DNA of 62,575 bases from a virus (Duplodnaviria; Caudoviricetes), in IMG/VR virus record IMGVR_UViG_3300006751_000011, positions 1 to 62,575 of that record; one strand, given 5' to 3'. Below, in pieces: positions 26,317 to 39,900 of this stretch. Every line of letters begins with the position of its first letter. The stretch's first letter is position 1. The notes below the pieces were generated by a model that made no database searches, had not been told where the DNA came from, and saw only the letters and a list, made by a program, of their open reading frames with translations. Made by a program: the position numbers and the translations under genes.

Positions 26317-29300
26317 ATGGCATCGCCACAGAACTTTAAAGTTACAGGAAAGGGCACTGCGCCCGCCACGGACGAAGAATCGGTTCGATTTAAGAAGATG
26401 ATAGAAGGCGCCCTTGTCCAAGGCATATTAAAAGCTATAACTAGTGATGTGATCACTGCCGGTGGCACTATCAATCAACCCGTCTTAGAAGAAAAGATTG
26501 GTTCTATTGACGTAGATAAGCCTTCTGGTATTTTAGGTGACAGTAAAAAATATATATTCGGACTTAAGGAGATCGATAATGGTTTTGCCACCGGTGGGAA
26601 GGTGTATACTAAATATAAGTTTAGTATCAAAGCCGCCGCGTTACAAAGCCTGCTTATTTCCGAAGGAGTGCTGACTCCCGCCCCAGAGCCAGAGCCAGAA
26701 CCAGAACCCGAGCCAAAGCCAGAACCAAAGCCCGACCCAAAGGAAGAACCCGAGCCGGAACCAGAACCCGAGCCGGAGCCTGAGCCGGAGCCTGAGCCGG
26801 AACCCGAGCCGGAGCCTGAGCCGGAACCCGAGCCGGAGCCTGAGCCGGAACCAGAACCAGAGCCGGAACCAGAACCAGAGCCGGAACCAGAGCCTAAAAC
26901 TCCCCCAAAGAAGGTGCCGTCCGAGGATCCTTCAAAAACTAAATCTGAAGACGTGTTTTTAGGGGAGACACACAGGGTCATGACGAAAAAAGACCCACTG
27001 CGAATCCGTTCCGGTCCTTCTCTGAAAGATAAAATTCTTGGACGATTACCAAAGGGCGCGCATGTAAGAGTTATTAATGAATTTTTGGGGGAAGATTGTT
27101 TATGGCACAAGATAGAAATCTTAGATTCTGATGTTGCAGATCCTCATACCAAAAAGAAACTAGCTGCAAATTTTAAAGACAGAGTAGGTTCTTTATATTG
27201 CCACGGATCTTATCTGAATAAATTAGATGGTGTTGCGCCGTCATTGCCACACGTGTGCTCATTTAAGATAGACCCAGACGCCTCGCCCCTTGATTGGAAA
27301 AAGATTAATCCGGTAGGGCACTCTTGTTTTTATAATGAGAGAGAGGCTGAATACCAGGCGTTGATTGAGCTTCCTTATCAGACCGAAGATGAATTGACTG
27401 CGAAGTATGATTCTTTTGACGGAGCTAGAACTCATATCCTTGAAGCCGGCGTGCGGAAGCTACTTTATTATTATAATAAGATTAGTGACGATGAAGCAAT
27501 AAAAAAGATATTAGGAGCGTTTAAGGGGGCATATATACCGACTGGTGCAAAGGGATTTTATTTGGACAAAAGACCAGGCTCGTTTATGAGATTTCTGGTA
27601 TGTTTTCCGGCAAAGTATTTTGAGGCAATTAATGAAAAAGAAGTCAATCTCGCTCGCGCTTCAGAAGCTAACGATATTGAAAACTTACGCTCATTTCACT
27701 TTGCCGTTAGCCCGTTTAAAAATAAAATAGAAACAGTGGCTAAAAAGATGGAAACATACGCCGAAGAAATTGAGTCTTCTGGCATTGAGGTTCAATATCT
27801 TGATTTAAAGTCAGAAGCCCGACGTTTAAGGGAATTGCCCGCAGCTTTTGATCGCCTATTGACCATAAACGGATATCCAACATCAAATCTTAAGAAAGAA
27901 ATGACTGTTGAAGTTGGGCTAGGGAAAGAATTCAATGTAGAGTGGGTTTATTTGAACGTCGATGACAAAAAGTCTTTCCCCCTGGACATTGGACTTGTTT
28001 CTCCTGATGTTATAAACGCAGATAATGTTTCTTTATATTTACAATTACATCCCAACGGCTTTGGCTTCTCACATATTGAACCTGTTGTCATTAGTAGAAC
28101 AATGGCGTATCTATATTATTTAGATGCCATGGTGCTTGCGATTAAGAAAAATAAGTTGCCGGTAACTCATGAGGAGAAGAAGAAGAAAAATAAAACTCGC
28201 GAGCTAACTTGGTCTGGTTTTGTTCAGGCATTTACTTATCCAATTCCAAGAATTTTACCATCAAGCCAACCTAGTGCAGCAAAGCCATCGTCAAAAGGAA
28301 CAGCACAGAAGGCGGAAAAGAAGAGGGAACAAAAGAGATATAAAAAGCCACCCGGCGAGGCAAAGACCTCTAGCGAGTTAAAGAAGGAATCTAAGGAGCT
28401 AAGAAAACCTGAACGTAAAATAGCAGCCAGTAAAGACCGAGCGAAGACTTCTGAAGCTGTTGGCGATAACCTTTTTGAAGATATTGAACATATTTTAAGC
28501 AAGATTGTAAATCTAGATGATGTCTATGATCAGCTCCTCAACAAGTATAGCATTGAAGCGCTAGCGAAGCTCGTACTTTCTTTGCTAAGTGAAGTTCTCC
28601 CATTCGGTGATTTACAAAACCTTCAATTTGAGGCTGCGCTCGAACTGATTCCTATGGAAAAAATTGATGAGATATTGGCTAAAATCAAATCCATCGACCC
28701 TAAACTATATGAAAAAGCTAAGAAATTGGTACAGGCTGAGATTGATGAGCTTAAAGAAAAAGGGAAGGAAGCTGGTTTAGATATTGGCGATGTTGATATA
28801 ATAACCCAGGAGCAAAAAGATAAGTCTAAAAAGCCCAAGTCTAAATCCGATCCTTTAAAAGCTTTAAAAGTTGAAATGGCGACGGAGCCTGGTCCGTTAG
28901 ATATGGCTAAAACACCAAGCGGAACCAACGCGGTTTATAAGAGCCCCAAGCAACTCGGCGCCGCCAATAAACAGAGTACAATTTCACCAACCAAGGTCGC
29001 GAAAGCTCAACAAAATATGCTGGGCATTGATGTTGATATTGACGGCTCGGTGAAGGGATCCGGCGGCGCATTATTAAAAGAGCTTCCTCCGAAATATAGA
29101 AAACAACTTAAAGGTCCGGTCGGCAAGCTTGAAAAGCAGCTTGACAAATTAATTGAACAGAAAAAGGGCATGATTAAAAAGATGCTCAACGAGGGTATCG
29201 ACGAAGCTACTGATTTTGTAAGAGATACAATTGAGGGCATGGTACCTGATGAAATAAAGGAGACGGCGGGGATTATATCTACGATATCGGATGAGTTAGA

Positions 29301-32300
29301 GTTCTCTGATAAAAAGCCGCGAAAGCCGCCTAAAAATCCCACGTTGGATCTTCCAGATGATTTTTCAACATCTGATCCGATGGCATCTGTTGTTCCCGAA
29401 CTGGAAGCCGCCGTAGAAGAGGCTCTTACATCTGCGCTAATGGGAATGGTAAAACCCATATTAAAAGAATTGAAGTCCATGTTGGACGATCTCATGAAGG
29501 GGAAGATGCCAGACTTTGGGCGCCTCAAAAACCATATTCCGCTAGACGCTATGTTGGACGCTTTTGACAAACTCGGCGCCTCGCTTTCTCCAGGCGCAAT
29601 AGAAAAGTTCATGGAGGAAATTCTTGGGTCTTTAACTGGGCAGGAGGCGGCAGATCTTTTGGAGGGCAAAGCGTCAGAATCAGTCAAGCAACATGTTCAA
29701 TCTGTTGTTTCTCACAAACTTCCAGAGGTCGCAGATGCGTTACAAAATTCCTCCGATGTTGAAAATTTATTTTCCATAGTGGGGGACTTAGTTGGACAGG
29801 ATGTCATTGACCTAGGTCGTAAGCCACTTCTTGGATTTGATCCATCTCTAACTGGTTTACTTTGTGACGATGAATTTTCAATCGGAGAATATGGTGATCG
29901 CCTGTCAGGCGACCGCGCGCGCGACCAAGACCGTGCAGAAAAAGATCGCCTTCGCGACTTAGCTAAAAAGTTAAAAGATCTCATTGACAATGACGGACAA
30001 TTAGCTGATTTTAACCAAACGCTCGGCTGTCCGGATGGACCTCTTCAGAATATCCCGGCACTTACAAAAGCCAATGAAATGGTCATTGATGGGCTCTTTA
30101 CGTCAATCAAGATGGCTTACGGTCGCGACGTTTCTTCGTTTTCAAATCTTATGACGACGAAAGAATCCAGAAAACTTCAGCCAGGAGACCCAGCGTATAT
30201 ACCAGCCAAGGGCGACATTAAAGACAAGAGCCCATATAAAGGTTGGGAGCAACCAAGAATTGATCTTGAAAATGCCAAAAACGCAACGACAGATTATAAG
30301 GTTGCCCCGCTTCTTAAAACGATGCTTCGCAAAAAAGATACATTCTCTCGCAACACAGATTCCATCCCATGGTCCATTGACTTTGAGGCGTCTGCCGTAC
30401 AGGCAACGACCATTCAATCCGCGAAAAATCCAGTTATTACGACATATGAAAAACAATTAAAAGAACAACAAAATAAGCTAAGTTCTATTGAGGAGTCCAT
30501 AGAAGAATTTACTGACGAGGGAATTCCAGTTCCAAGTAAGTTGACAGATTCAAAAGACAAACTTCTTGGCTCGTCGGATTTAGTCGGCTCCATCGCAAAC
30601 ACCAAAAAAATCATACAGGCGATGGCACAAGGAGAGTCTACTCCGAAGTTAAAAACCATTTCAGGTATTAAGAGCTTGACATACAAGATACCCTATGCTG
30701 ATGTTAAAGCAACTGGGTACAATGACAATTTTTCTTTGTCCATTGCAAACTCCTCTCATGAATCAGTAGAATTAGCATCTCGTTTATCATCCTTGTCACC
30801 TGACGTAGAAATATCATCGACTGACGCCTGGGATCCATCAGAAAGAACATCTCCCGCCGATGCATTTGCAAGTTTTGTTCATTCTAAACTCTCTGCGCAC
30901 AATATGCAGCCTTCTGAAGACAGCGGATTTTTAGATGATTTGGCTGACGATGTTTATACAAAGGTTTTCCTTGACTTTGTTAGGAAAACTGCTAAACAGG
31001 TTTCGCACTCCCCCTTATTTAAAATTAGAGAGCTTGAAAGGGTCAACCTACTTCCGGATTCAAGATCATCTGAAACATCAGCGTGCCCACCATCAGAATT
31101 ATCCGAAAGCGATTTGCTTGATCTTTATAACCTCGCCGAAGACCTCAAGGATAGTTATGAGAAAAAATGTGAACCACTGGGCAAGGACGAGGCTACGACA
31201 AGCGTATTTGAGGAAGAAACCCGTGGAAGCGTTGTAAAGACAACAGTTAGGGTGTTTATGTTGGAAACACTACTTAAATCTATTTTTTGTTATTCAGAGT
31301 GGGATGCAGAAACCCTCGCAACCGACAAATTGTTTCTCGATTTTATATCTCATAATATGAGAACCCGCCTAGGCGATTTCAACCCAAACTTTTATAGAGA
31401 CTTATGTTCAGTCGCGAAAGATATGGTCCATGCACAATCGTCGGACAAAGAGCTTGAGGACCCACTCGGCGTTATAGATATGGATGCACTCCTAAATGAA
31501 GACAACCCGCTTTATGAATATGGAGAAGAGGCATTAAAATATTTGGCGATGGAGCAACTGCCGGATTTAATGTATAAATTTGGGCAGAAGTTGGGTAAGA
31601 AGAAAAATTCTATTAACAGAAGATTTACAGATCCCCCTGCTGGAAACTCTGAAACCACCGAACCCGGCATGCCATTGTTTGTAACCGCTGACCCTGGCGG
31701 CTGGATCAGAACGATTGATGTTCCGGAGAATCATACATATGGTGGAAAAGATTTAGAAATTTCCGTCAACGGGATAAAACAAGGCGGAAACCGTTTTCTC
31801 AGACCCGATAAAACTATGGAGACGATTGAACTTAATTATCCAGATCTGATGAAAGAGAGTGGAACGTTCTTTATTGAAAAATATATTCGCATTCAAGATC
31901 TCAACACTCCAGATGCCACAGCCGACCCGACACTATCTGATATTTTAAGAAAGAGGGCGGGGGGTCCAGAGGGGGACGTTGAGAACATCTTAAATTCTCC
32001 ACATACGTCTGGAGTTGTTAACACCACAGCCTGGACCGAACTTCTTAAAGAAATAAAGTCTGTTTTTGAGGCTAATCCGCCTACCTTATCTACATGGGCT
32101 GACGCAAAGATTTCTCAGTTCTTTAAACCATGGAAATACGGCTTGCGATTAATCTGGGTACCGCCCATGAATAAGCTTGGCTTATCAACGGAGGGTACAA
32201 AGATTTGGAATACCACAGGCACGCCACCGTCCAGCGATGGATTTACTATAACCACAGAACAATCTCCGAAGACTAAAGAATTAGTCGCTCTGGAACAATC

Positions 32301-33201
32301 ATTTGAAAAAGCTTTTAAACTGGAACAAAACATTGAAACTGTGCGAAAAGAGAAAGCGTTTCTTCTTCAAGAGAACGTCGTCGTCAGAAACATCCTCAAT
32401 CCAGAGAAGCACAAAATAAAGAAGCTTAGCCGTCCGGTATATACATTTCCATTGTTATCCGTGGAATCGTCCGTTGGAGGCTCTGACTTAATAAAAGATC
32501 ACCTTGGAGGGTTTGACTCAAATTCCGACATATCCAAGAATCCTGACAGTCCATTTGCGAAGCTAAGACAACAATTAATAGAATCAGAAGAGTACAAACT
32601 TTTGTTTGAGTATATATTTCCTTTACCCAGGATTGCAACACTTGTGACTATTTATAGCGCCAATTCAATTGCGCTTTCAAAGCCGGAGACAAACAATATT
32701 TTTAATAGTACCAAGGAAGCGTGTCGCACCTTGTTTTATACCTTGTCGCCAGACACGAAGAACGCTTGGTGGGAACGAAAAGACGAAAATCTTAAGGAGA
32801 TGGGTGGCAATGCTGGTCTCTTGAATACTTATCTCAACAATCAGTCTACGAACCCGAAGAGTGGTCCCAAGGCAGATCTGTTGAGTATGGCTTTGCGAGC
32901 AGTGCCTGTCTTAATCAGAGGAGTGGCAGAACAGACCGATCCACACTACGGGCTTGTGAGTAAATTGGTTGATTCTGGGGTGCCGATTAAAAAAGATTGG
33001 TCATCTGTTCCCCTCTTGTGGCCTGTGACCGTGCCATTCCCCGTCTTTCCTTTCGTCGGCTGGGGACCTCCCCTAACCTCTTGGGGTATGATTGCGTATA
33101 GCTTGCCGCAATTATCGGGGGATAAAAAACAAAATGAAGCTAATGCTAATAAACAAAAAAATATAAATGATTCTTCAGAGGAAGCATGCGAAGATGAATA
33201 G
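26317..33201 (+). CDS. Giant putative virion protein with a (PE)n linker and an SH3b domain
   Basis: 2294 aa with a ~70-residue PE/PK tract, an SH3b-like [18 protein letters not shown]....WHKI, a long helical middle and a P/W-rich hydrophobic C-terminus. Confidence 0.65.
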   Translation: MASPQNFKVTGKGTAPATDEESVRFKKMIEGALVQGILKAITSDVITAGGTINQPVLEEKIGSIDVDKPSGILGDSKKYIFGLKEIDNGFATGGKVYTKYKFSIKAAALQSLLISEGVLTPAPEPEPEPEPEPKPEPKPDPKEEPEPEPEPEPEPEPEPEPEPEPEPEPEPEPEPEPEPEPEPEPEPEPEPEPKTPPKKVPSEDPSKTKSEDVFLGETHRVMTKKDPLRIRSGPSLKDKILGRLPKGAHVRVINEFLGEDCLWHKIEILDSDVADPHTKKKLAANFKDRVGSLYCHGSYLNKLDGVAPSLPHVCSFKIDPDASPLDWKKINPVGHSCFYNEREAEYQALIELPYQTEDELTAKYDSFDGARTHILEAGVRKLLYYYNKISDDEAIKKILGAFKGAYIPTGAKGFYLDKRPGSFMRFLVCFPAKYFEAINEKEVNLARASEANDIENLRSFHFAVSPFKNKIETVAKKMETYAEEIESSGIEVQYLDLKSEARRLRELPAAFDRLLTINGYPTSNLKKEMTVEVGLGKEFNVEWVYLNVDDKKSFPLDIGLVSPDVINADNVSLYLQLHPNGFGFSHIEPVVISRTMAYLYYLDAMVLAIKKNKLPVTHEEKKKKNKTRELTWSGFVQAFTYPIPRILPSSQPSAAKPSSKGTAQKAEKKREQKRYKKPPGEAKTSSELKKESKELRKPERKIAASKDRAKTSEAVGDNLFEDIEHILSKIVNLDDVYDQLLNKYSIEALAKLVLSLLSEVLPFGDLQNLQFEAALELIPMEKIDEILAKIKSIDPKLYEKAKKLVQAEIDELKEKGKEAGLDIGDVDIITQEQKDKSKKPKSKSDPLKALKVEMATEPGPLDMAKTPSGTNAVYKSPKQLGAANKQSTISPTKVAKAQQNMLGIDVDIDGSVKGSGGALLKELPPKYRKQLKGPVGKLEKQLDKLIEQKKGMIKKMLNEGIDEATDFVRDTIEGMVPDEIKETAGIISTISDELEFSDKKPRKPPKNPTLDLPDDFSTSDPMASVVPELEAAVEEALTSALMGMVKPILKELKSMLDDLMKGKMPDFGRLKNHIPLDAMLDAFDKLGASLSPGAIEKFMEEILGSLTGQEAADLLEGKASESVKQHVQSVVSHKLPEVADALQNSSDVENLFSIVGDLVGQDVIDLGRKPLLGFDPSLTGLLCDDEFSIGEYGDRLSGDRARDQDRAEKDRLRDLAKKLKDLIDNDGQLADFNQTLGCPDGPLQNIPALTKANEMVIDGLFTSIKMAYGRDVSSFSNLMTTKESRKLQPGDPAYIPAKGDIKDKSPYKGWEQPRIDLENAKNATTDYKVAPLLKTMLRKKDTFSRNTDSIPWSIDFEASAVQATTIQSAKNPVITTYEKQLKEQQNKLSSIEESIEEFTDEGIPVPSKLTDSKDKLLGSSDLVGSIANTKKIIQAMAQGESTPKLKTISGIKSLTYKIPYADVKATGYNDNFSLSIANSSHESVELASRLSSLSPDVEISSTDAWDPSERTSPADAFASFVHSKLSAHNMQPSEDSGFLDDLADDVYTKVFLDFVRKTAKQVSHSPLFKIRELERVNLLPDSRSSETSACPPSELSESDLLDLYNLAEDLKDSYEKKCEPLGKDEATTSVFEEETRGSVVKTTVRVFMLETLLKSIFCYSEWDAETLATDKLFLDFISHNMRTRLGDFNPNFYRDLCSVAKDMVHAQSSDKELEDPLGVIDMDALLNEDNPLYEYGEEALKYLAMEQLPDLMYKFGQKLGKKKNSINRRFTDPPAGNSETTEPGMPLFVTADPGGWIRTIDVPENHTYGGKDLEISVNGIKQGGNRFLRPDKTMETIELNYPDLMKESGTFFIEKYIRIQDLNTPDATADPTLSDILRKRAGGPEGDVENILNSPHTSGVVNTTAWTELLKEIKSVFEANPPTLSTWADAKISQFFKPWKYGLRLIWVPPMNKLGLSTEGTKIWNTTGTPPSSDGFTITTEQSPKTKELVALEQSFEKAFKLEQNIETVRKEKAFLLQENVVVRNILNPEKHKIKKLSRPVYTFPLLSVESSVGGSDLIKDHLGGFDSNSDISKNPDSPFAKLRQQLIESEEYKLLFEYIFPLPRIATLVTIYSANSIALSKPETNNIFNSTKEACRTLFYTLSPDTKNAWWERKDENLKEMGGNAGLLNTYLNNQSTNPKSGPKADLLSMALRAVPVLIRGVAEQTDPHYGLVSKLVDSGVPIKKDWSSVPLLWPVTVPFPVFPFVGWGPPLTSWGMIAYSLPQLSGDKKQNEANANKQKNINDSSEEACEDE
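26683..26895 (+). repeat. Coding 6-nt-period repeat (CCN-GAR)n giving Pro-Glu dipeptides
   Basis: Directly visible, with 12- and 24-nt higher-order units such as GAGCCGGAGCCTGAGCCGGAACCC. Confidence 0.95.
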
Positions 33202-33214
33202 GAGAGACAAATAG

Positions 33215-33640
33215 ATGGCTGGCATATCACCAAAGTTACCGATTAGTAAAGACGTCAGCGATGGCTACGCGCTGACAAAAACATATTTAGAATCAACGCG
33301 ACAAAATTTAAAAAACCTTCTCCTAACTGTGCCCGGTGAAAGAATGATGATTCCAGAATTTGGCGTTGGCATGAAAAGATTTTTATTTGAAGATCATGGA
33401 CCGTCTACATATGGCGCGATACAATCAAAGATTATGCAACAAGTTAGTATCTATATGCCATATATCATTATCAGCGATATACATTTTTTTGGTCCGGATG
33501 GATTGTGGACAATCAGCGACGGTCACGTATCTGGGCAAGAAAATGAATTTGCGAACTTGAATATGTTACAGATGAGATTGTTTTTCTTTATCGTACCCTT
33601 AGACGAAACTGGAACTTTAGACTTAGAATTCGCAGTTTAA
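33215..33640 (+). CDS. Baseplate wedge subunit, T4 gp25/gpW-like
   Basis: QNLKNLLLTVPGERMMIPEFGVG..FLFE...YMPYI. Confidence 0.92.
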   Translation: MAGISPKLPISKDVSDGYALTKTYLESTRQNLKNLLLTVPGERMMIPEFGVGMKRFLFEDHGPSTYGAIQSKIMQQVSIYMPYIIISDIHFFGPDGLWTISDGHVSGQENEFANLNMLQMRLFFFIVPLDETGTLDLEFAV

Positions 33641-33650
33641 TGGTGTTGTT

Positions 33651-33659
33651 CTACTTATT
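33651..33659 (+). promoter_or_regulatory. Putative late-promoter motif CTACTTATT
   Basis: In the 36-nt gap before the gp6-like gene, just upstream of its GAGG SD. Confidence 0.4.
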
Positions 33660-33676
33660 ATTAGAGGAAAATAGAG

Positions 33677-35482
33677 ATGCCTAAGAAATATAAAAAAATC
33701 GTTCCCGTAAAATACACCGCCAGAGACTTTAATTCAATTAAAGAGGAACTTATCGAGTACGCAAAAAGGTATTATCCGACTACCTTTCGCGATTTCAATG
33801 AGGCTTCATTTGGCGCATTGATGGTTGATACGGTTTCGTATGTGGGCGATATGCTATCCTTTTATATGGACTATCAGGCAAACGAATCTTTTATTGACAC
33901 ATCAATTGAATATAATAATGTAATCAGTCACGCCCACCGCTTAGGGTACCAGCATCGTGCGAATCCAACTGCATATGGGATTGGTACTTATTATGTTTTA
34001 GTGCCAGCATCTACAGTTGGCACGCCGGATGAAAAATATATGCCGATTCTCAAAAGGGGCAGCACGTTTTCTTCTACTGCTGGAAACGAATATATCTTAA
34101 ATGAAGATGTCGATATTGCACATAAGAACAATGAGATCGTTGTCGCTCGCGCCGATGAGGACACTGGACTGCCAACGTGGTTTGCCGTTAAAGCTCACGG
34201 ACAGTTAATGTCTGGTATAATGGCTGTAACTTCTGTTGATTTAGGCGAATTTAAAAGATTCAGGAGGATTGAACTCAACGCCACCGACGTCGCGGAGATC
34301 ACTAGCGTGATAGACAGTGAAGGACATGCATATTACGAAGTTGATTATCTTTCGCAAAACGTCGTGTATAAAGCTGTTAAAAATCCAGATTACTCTGGCG
34401 CAGATGGGCAGACCCAACACCTCTTAAAGCCATTTATTGTTCCGAGAAGATATGTTGTTGAACAATCTAATGATCGGACATATATACAATTCGGATACGG
34501 CTCAGATTCAGAACTGATTACAGAGAGCGTTGCAGAACCATCCTCTATCGCCCTGCAACAGTGGGGAAAGGAATATACATCTGATGAATCTTTTGATCCA
34601 TCTAAATTATTAGATACTGACAAATTTGGAGTCGCTCCCGCAAACACGACTTTATCAATTACTTACCGGACCAACTCCTCCGGTGATGTTAATGCTGCCG
34701 TAGATACCGTAACTGAGGTCATTAATCCGATCTTACAATTTAAAAATATGGCGCAGCTTAGTAATACGACGGTGGGATATATAATACGAGATATTGAAGT
34801 TACTAACGAAGAGCCGATCATTGGCGATACAGAATCCCGCACCGTGGAGGAGATCAAGCGCCGCGCAAAAGATACATATGCTAGGCAAAACCGCGCCGTC
34901 ACAAAACAGGATTATATCTCTACGGTATACTCAATGCCTGTTAAATTTGGAGCAGTCAAGAGATGTAATATTTTAAGAGATCACAACGCTCTTAAAAGAA
35001 ACCTCAATTTGCACATAATATCAGAAGATCGCGGAGGACAGCTCGTTCGCACTAATGATAGTATCAAAAGTAATCTTAAGGTCTGGCTTGGCAAGAACAA
35101 AATGATCAACGATACAATTGATATATTAGATGCTAGAATATTAAATTTATCTATAGAATTCAGTGTCTTGGGTGCTGTTGATCAGAACCGCTATGAGATA
35201 CTGTCCAAGGCTAAGAATATGTTGGCTTATCATTATGCTTCTATCCCAGATGTATCTGAACCTTTTTATATCACAGATATAAGGGACATTCTTAAATCCG
35301 TTCAAGGGGTGGTTGATGTTATAGACGTTCAGGTGAGACAAGCATCTGGTGGCGCCTATTCTGATTTAAATTTTGATGTTGATCGTAGCACATCTGCGGA
35401 TGGAAGAATGATTAAGCTTCCAGAAGATATGATCTGGGAGATCAAATTTCCGACGATTGACATCAAGGGAGTTGTTAAATAA
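33677..35482 (+). CDS. Baseplate wedge subunit, T4 gp6/baseplate-J-like
   Basis: YTARDFNSIK, DFNEASFG, ANESF, LGY, IQFG and QNRAVTKQDY. Confidence 0.9.
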   Translation: MPKKYKKIVPVKYTARDFNSIKEELIEYAKRYYPTTFRDFNEASFGALMVDTVSYVGDMLSFYMDYQANESFIDTSIEYNNVISHAHRLGYQHRANPTAYGIGTYYVLVPASTVGTPDEKYMPILKRGSTFSSTAGNEYILNEDVDIAHKNNEIVVARADEDTGLPTWFAVKAHGQLMSGIMAVTSVDLGEFKRFRRIELNATDVAEITSVIDSEGHAYYEVDYLSQNVVYKAVKNPDYSGADGQTQHLLKPFIVPRRYVVEQSNDRTYIQFGYGSDSELITESVAEPSSIALQQWGKEYTSDESFDPSKLLDTDKFGVAPANTTLSITYRTNSSGDVNAAVDTVTEVINPILQFKNMAQLSNTTVGYIIRDIEVTNEEPIIGDTESRTVEEIKRRAKDTYARQNRAVTKQDYISTVYSMPVKFGAVKRCNILRDHNALKRNLNLHIISEDRGGQLVRTNDSIKSNLKVWLGKNKMINDTIDILDARILNLSIEFSVLGAVDQNRYEILSKAKNMLAYHYASIPDVSEPFYITDIRDILKSVQGVVDVIDVQVRQASGGAYSDLNFDVDRSTSADGRMIKLPEDMIWEIKFPTIDIKGVVK

Positions 35483-36951
35483 TGGCTATTAAGAGATATG
35501 TGGCAGATGCAGACAATACTATAACAAACGGATATGAGGCGAATCTAAGTTCTCGCGCCACCGGCGCCAACATGGGAGCGTCCGATTCTATGGAGGTGTT
35601 TACTATATGGGCACAAAGATCAGGTAGTGCCGAGGGTGCGTCTTTGGAAAACTCCCGCGCCTTAATAAAGTTTCCAATTAGCGATATCATCACCGACCGA
35701 GCCGCCGGCGACGTCCCGGCTTCCGGTTCAGTCAATTTTTATATACGACTGTCTAATGCAGTACACCCAAACACACTACCCGTCAATTACACGCTGAGTG
35801 TTTTACCGGTCTCGCAAAGTTGGGATGAGGGTTACGGGCTTGATATGGAGGGTTATCAGGACGCTGGGGTTTCAAACTGGCTCACAGCTAGTTCTATAGA
35901 GTCCTGGGGATCGGGTGGCGGAACGTTTCACTCGGAGAGTGTTGCTTTAGCCGCCGCCGACGCCGCAACAAATACAAGCAACATTAAAACAATGTATGCT
36001 ATGGACATTGGCGACGATGGCACTGAAGACCTTGAGATTGATATATCGGAACTTGTAGAGCAATGGATCGCCGGAACAAAAGCCAACTATGGAGTTGGTG
36101 TAATGATGTCTGGCGCATATGGGACAGACAATCTGAGTGCATCCTTCTACACTAAAAAATTCTATACGAGGACAAGCGAATACTTTTATAAGCGCCCACG
36201 TATTGAGGCTCGCTGGGACGATTCTAAGAAAGACGATCGCTCTAACCTATATGCTAGCAGTAATATGGTGCCTTCGGGGGACAACAATAATACGTTGTTT
36301 CTTTATAATTGGTCCAGAGGACAACTGAAAGACATACCTGGGCTGCACGCTAGTAAGACTATAGCTTTAAAACTTTATCGCGATTCTTTGACCGATAACG
36401 TTCCCCAAGAGGTAACTGGGGGCTTGAGTGACACCACGGGCGTATATACAGCATCCTTCAGTATAGATACTAGCGCGTCAGCGCTTTACGACGTTTGGTC
36501 AACAGGCTCTACCGAGTTCCACACTGGATCTGCAATAACGGTCAAATCTTTTAGGGCGATGGCAGAGAATCCAAATCCAAAATACGTGACGTCTATGGTC
36601 AATTTAAAAGCAGCCTATTCTAATCAAGAGACTGCTCGTTTTAGACTTTTCATTCGTGAACAAAACTGGTCGCCAACTATTTATACAAAGGCGACAAAGA
36701 CACTAGATAGTTCGATTATTGAATCAGCATACTTTAAAATTTTTAGATTATCTGATAACCTAGAGGTAATCCCATATGGAACAGGAAGTACAAACCACAC
36801 TAAAGTCTCATACGACCAAAGTGGGAGTTATTTTGATCTAGATATGGATCTTTTAGAAAGTGATTTTGCTTACGGTTTAAGCTTTGCTTATCACTTGAAT
36901 GGAAAATATGTTGAACAACCGGAAGTTTTCAAGTTCAGAGTAGAAAAGTAA
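35482..36951 (+). CDS. Putative baseplate/structural protein (DNRLRE-like N-terminal domain)
   Basis: ADNTI..SRALIKF..SWDEG.G...W; coupled to the gp6-like gene by TAATG. Confidence 0.55.
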   Translation: MAIKRYVADADNTITNGYEANLSSRATGANMGASDSMEVFTIWAQRSGSAEGASLENSRALIKFPISDIITDRAAGDVPASGSVNFYIRLSNAVHPNTLPVNYTLSVLPVSQSWDEGYGLDMEGYQDAGVSNWLTASSIESWGSGGGTFHSESVALAAADAATNTSNIKTMYAMDIGDDGTEDLEIDISELVEQWIAGTKANYGVGVMMSGAYGTDNLSASFYTKKFYTRTSEYFYKRPRIEARWDDSKKDDRSNLYASSNMVPSGDNNNTLFLYNWSRGQLKDIPGLHASKTIALKLYRDSLTDNVPQEVTGGLSDTTGVYTASFSIDTSASALYDVWSTGSTEFHTGSAITVKSFRAMAENPNPKYVTSMVNLKAAYSNQETARFRLFIREQNWSPTIYTKATKTLDSSIIESAYFKIFRLSDNLEVIPYGTGSTNHTKVSYDQSGSYFDLDMDLLESDFAYGLSFAYHLNGKYVEQPEVFKFRVEK

Positions 36952-36952
36952 A

Positions 36953-39900
36953 ATGTCAATAAAAAATCTTTTTTCAGAAAAGCAAAAGGTGATGTCGCAA
37001 AAGAGCATCTCTGATATCACGGGCAGCGCTACGCCCGTGGAGTCATCGGATTATATCGACAATTATCTCGCAAAGAAAGAAAGATTCCTGCCCCCCGTTA
37101 ATTTTGCGACTGCAAGCAATTTTGCAAAATTTGGTTCTGCAAAAGAATATTCAGCCGACGCGATACAGAGGATTTATAACACGTATCCGTATGACGGATC
37201 TCTGAGTGAAAAAATAAGCTGGCTGAACAGTTCAAACTTTTATGATTTATATATATTTAATCATGAATACCCAAGAACTTGTGGCTATGCTGTATTTTCG
37301 CCTTTAGAATGGGGATCTCGCGTAGGCGCTGAAGTCTCCAACTTCGGATATCCTGATTCTGTGGAATATATCCAGGTTAAAGGCGGACCTCACCCAGACC
37401 CATCCAGCGGCTCTTTAAAACTATCGCGACAGTTTCCAGCCCCTTATGATGGCAAGGCTAACCTATATGATGCCACCACAGGAATTAATAGGGAATCAAA
37501 TTTAGCTCTTGATGTAAACAGCGGTGTTACAATCGAATTTTGGTTTAAATATTCAGCCACCGCCCCGGAACAGGTTGAATTAGCTAGCAAAACCTCAAGG
37601 CAGGTTATATTTGATTTGTGGAACGGGCAAAGCGGAACCGGCGCCAGTGATTCATATGGACGTATGCTGGCGTATACAGATGCGTCTGGCATGTACGCCC
37701 GATGGCATAGTGGCTCTTATTATTCGGCTTTTCAGCTTAGTTCAGAGACGACAGCTGCCGTTGCAGATGGCAACTGGCACCACCTCGCTATCACCGCGAA
37801 GGTTGTGCCATATGGCTCCGTGGGTCAGGTCACGATTGAATGGAATGACTTTTTAGACGGGCAATGGAGTTCTAAGGGCACCAGTCTTAGTATATACGGA
37901 GGAGGAGGATTCTTTACTCCTCCGATGTCTCTTGGTTCCGTGACGGGCTCTATGATAGCTAACCTCGGCGCCGCTAGAATTCCAGGCATCGCGCCTTCTG
38001 AGGTTACTACCGCCGTCGCTGCCGAGCACAGCGATGGCTTTGGTAAAATCTCTGGCTCACTGGACGAATTCAGATATTGGAAAACTGCGCGGACACCTCA
38101 AGAAATCAAGCGATTTTGGAACACTCAAATCGGTGGGGGATCTAACACTGATGGTTCAAAGTTCTCAGGCTCAGCCCAGCCGGTTGATTTAGGCGTTTAT
38201 TATAAGTTTAACGAGGGCAATGTAGGAAACGCAATAGTTGACTCGTCTGTGTTAGACTACTCCGGAAGAATTTCTAATGGTATCTGGACTGGTTATATAG
38301 CTGGCTCCTCGCGAGTCGCCGGCGAAACTTCTTCCGCAATAATTGAATCGTCAGCCTCTACTACCGAATTTAAAGATCCAATTATTTATTCCTCTCATCC
38401 AGATGTTTCCTCGCTCTATACAGTGTTGACGGAAAGAGGAGAAGAATGGGATCTTCAAAATAATATGGCGTTATATCATACAATGCCAGAGTGGATTACA
38501 TCTGAAGATCAAGATGAGGGAGGAGAACAACTTAAAAAATTAACTCAGATTATTGCAAGCTACCTTGATACAACTTTCTTACAGATCCAGGCACTTCCTT
38601 CCATCACTAAGAATCAATATCCATACGAAGAACTGACCCTACACAATCCAAACGAATGGACAGAGCATCAGACAGATGTATTGAAATATAGCAACAGCCC
38701 TGTACCATTCGCGAGAAATTTAATAGAAGACCTTGGAATGGGTGCGCCAGAAATATTTGCGATGGCAGATGAGTTGGCTATTCTTGGTAATCGCGACGAT
38801 ATAGAAGAATTTGATCAGAAGCTCTATGATATTAAGAATACGATATATCAGAATATTCACAACAACTTATCATACATTTATAAGTCAAAGGGTACTGAAA
38901 AATCGTTTAGAAACTTAATCCGATGTTATGGCGTTGATGACGAATTAATAAAAATTAATTTGTATATCGATGGTGCAACATACTCTTTTAGTGACTCAGA
39001 TTATCGCTCCACGTCTGTCAAGGACAAATATATTGACTTTAACGATGCTGACCGAAACCGCTCAACGATATATCAGTCCGCGTCATTTTCCACTTCAAAC
39101 TCAATAAGTTATATACCCGGCATGAACCCGACGCTCGCCGACACTGCTGGTGCGACAGGCTCAGCCATGACATTTGAAGCTGATGTTATATTCCCACACA
39201 AGTTTGAAAGGACACATCCGTCTAACCTGTGGTATAGTTATCCGGATCTGACCAGCTCCATATTTGGCTGCCATACTGCACAGCCGACAGTAAGCACACC
39301 AGAAAATTTTGCGTGGGCGACCCGAGATTCAGCGTCTTTTCAGGTTCACGCTCTTAGGGACATTGAGGATTCTAAAGATGTTAGATTTATGCTTACATCG
39401 AGTAACGGGAGTATCCCAACACTTACGTCAGATTTATTTCAAGAAGTATATGAGAATGAACGCTGGCTTTTTGCGGTCAAGGTATATCCAGAATCTCCAC
39501 TAGAGGGTAAGTGGGTCAGTGGCGGGTCGTCTACGGTAAGCGGCAGCTGGATAATGGAATTCCAAGGATATAATCCGCTGCTAGATCAAATGCAGAATTC
39601 GTTTTCTGTGTCAGCATCAATCCCAGCCAGAGATGGCACTTATTTTATGAACGCCAACAAGAGAGTGTATGCTGGCGCGCACCGCGAAAATTTCTCTGGT
39701 AGTTTAGATATAAAAACAGATATTAAAGTTGGCTCAGTCCGTGTCTGGGACGATTATCTAACCGATTTTGATCTATCTACCCACGCCAAGGATCCGACAA
39801 ACTATGGTCGCACCCACGCATATAAAAATTCTTATCTGTTCAGCCAGGACACTACACCGGGCACGGACATTGATGCCATACCTCAATTTGAAACCTTATT

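Noticed and set aside
26475-27110. Minus-strand (GS)n ORF
   Set aside because: It is the antisense reading of the PE repeat inside the 2294-aa gene.
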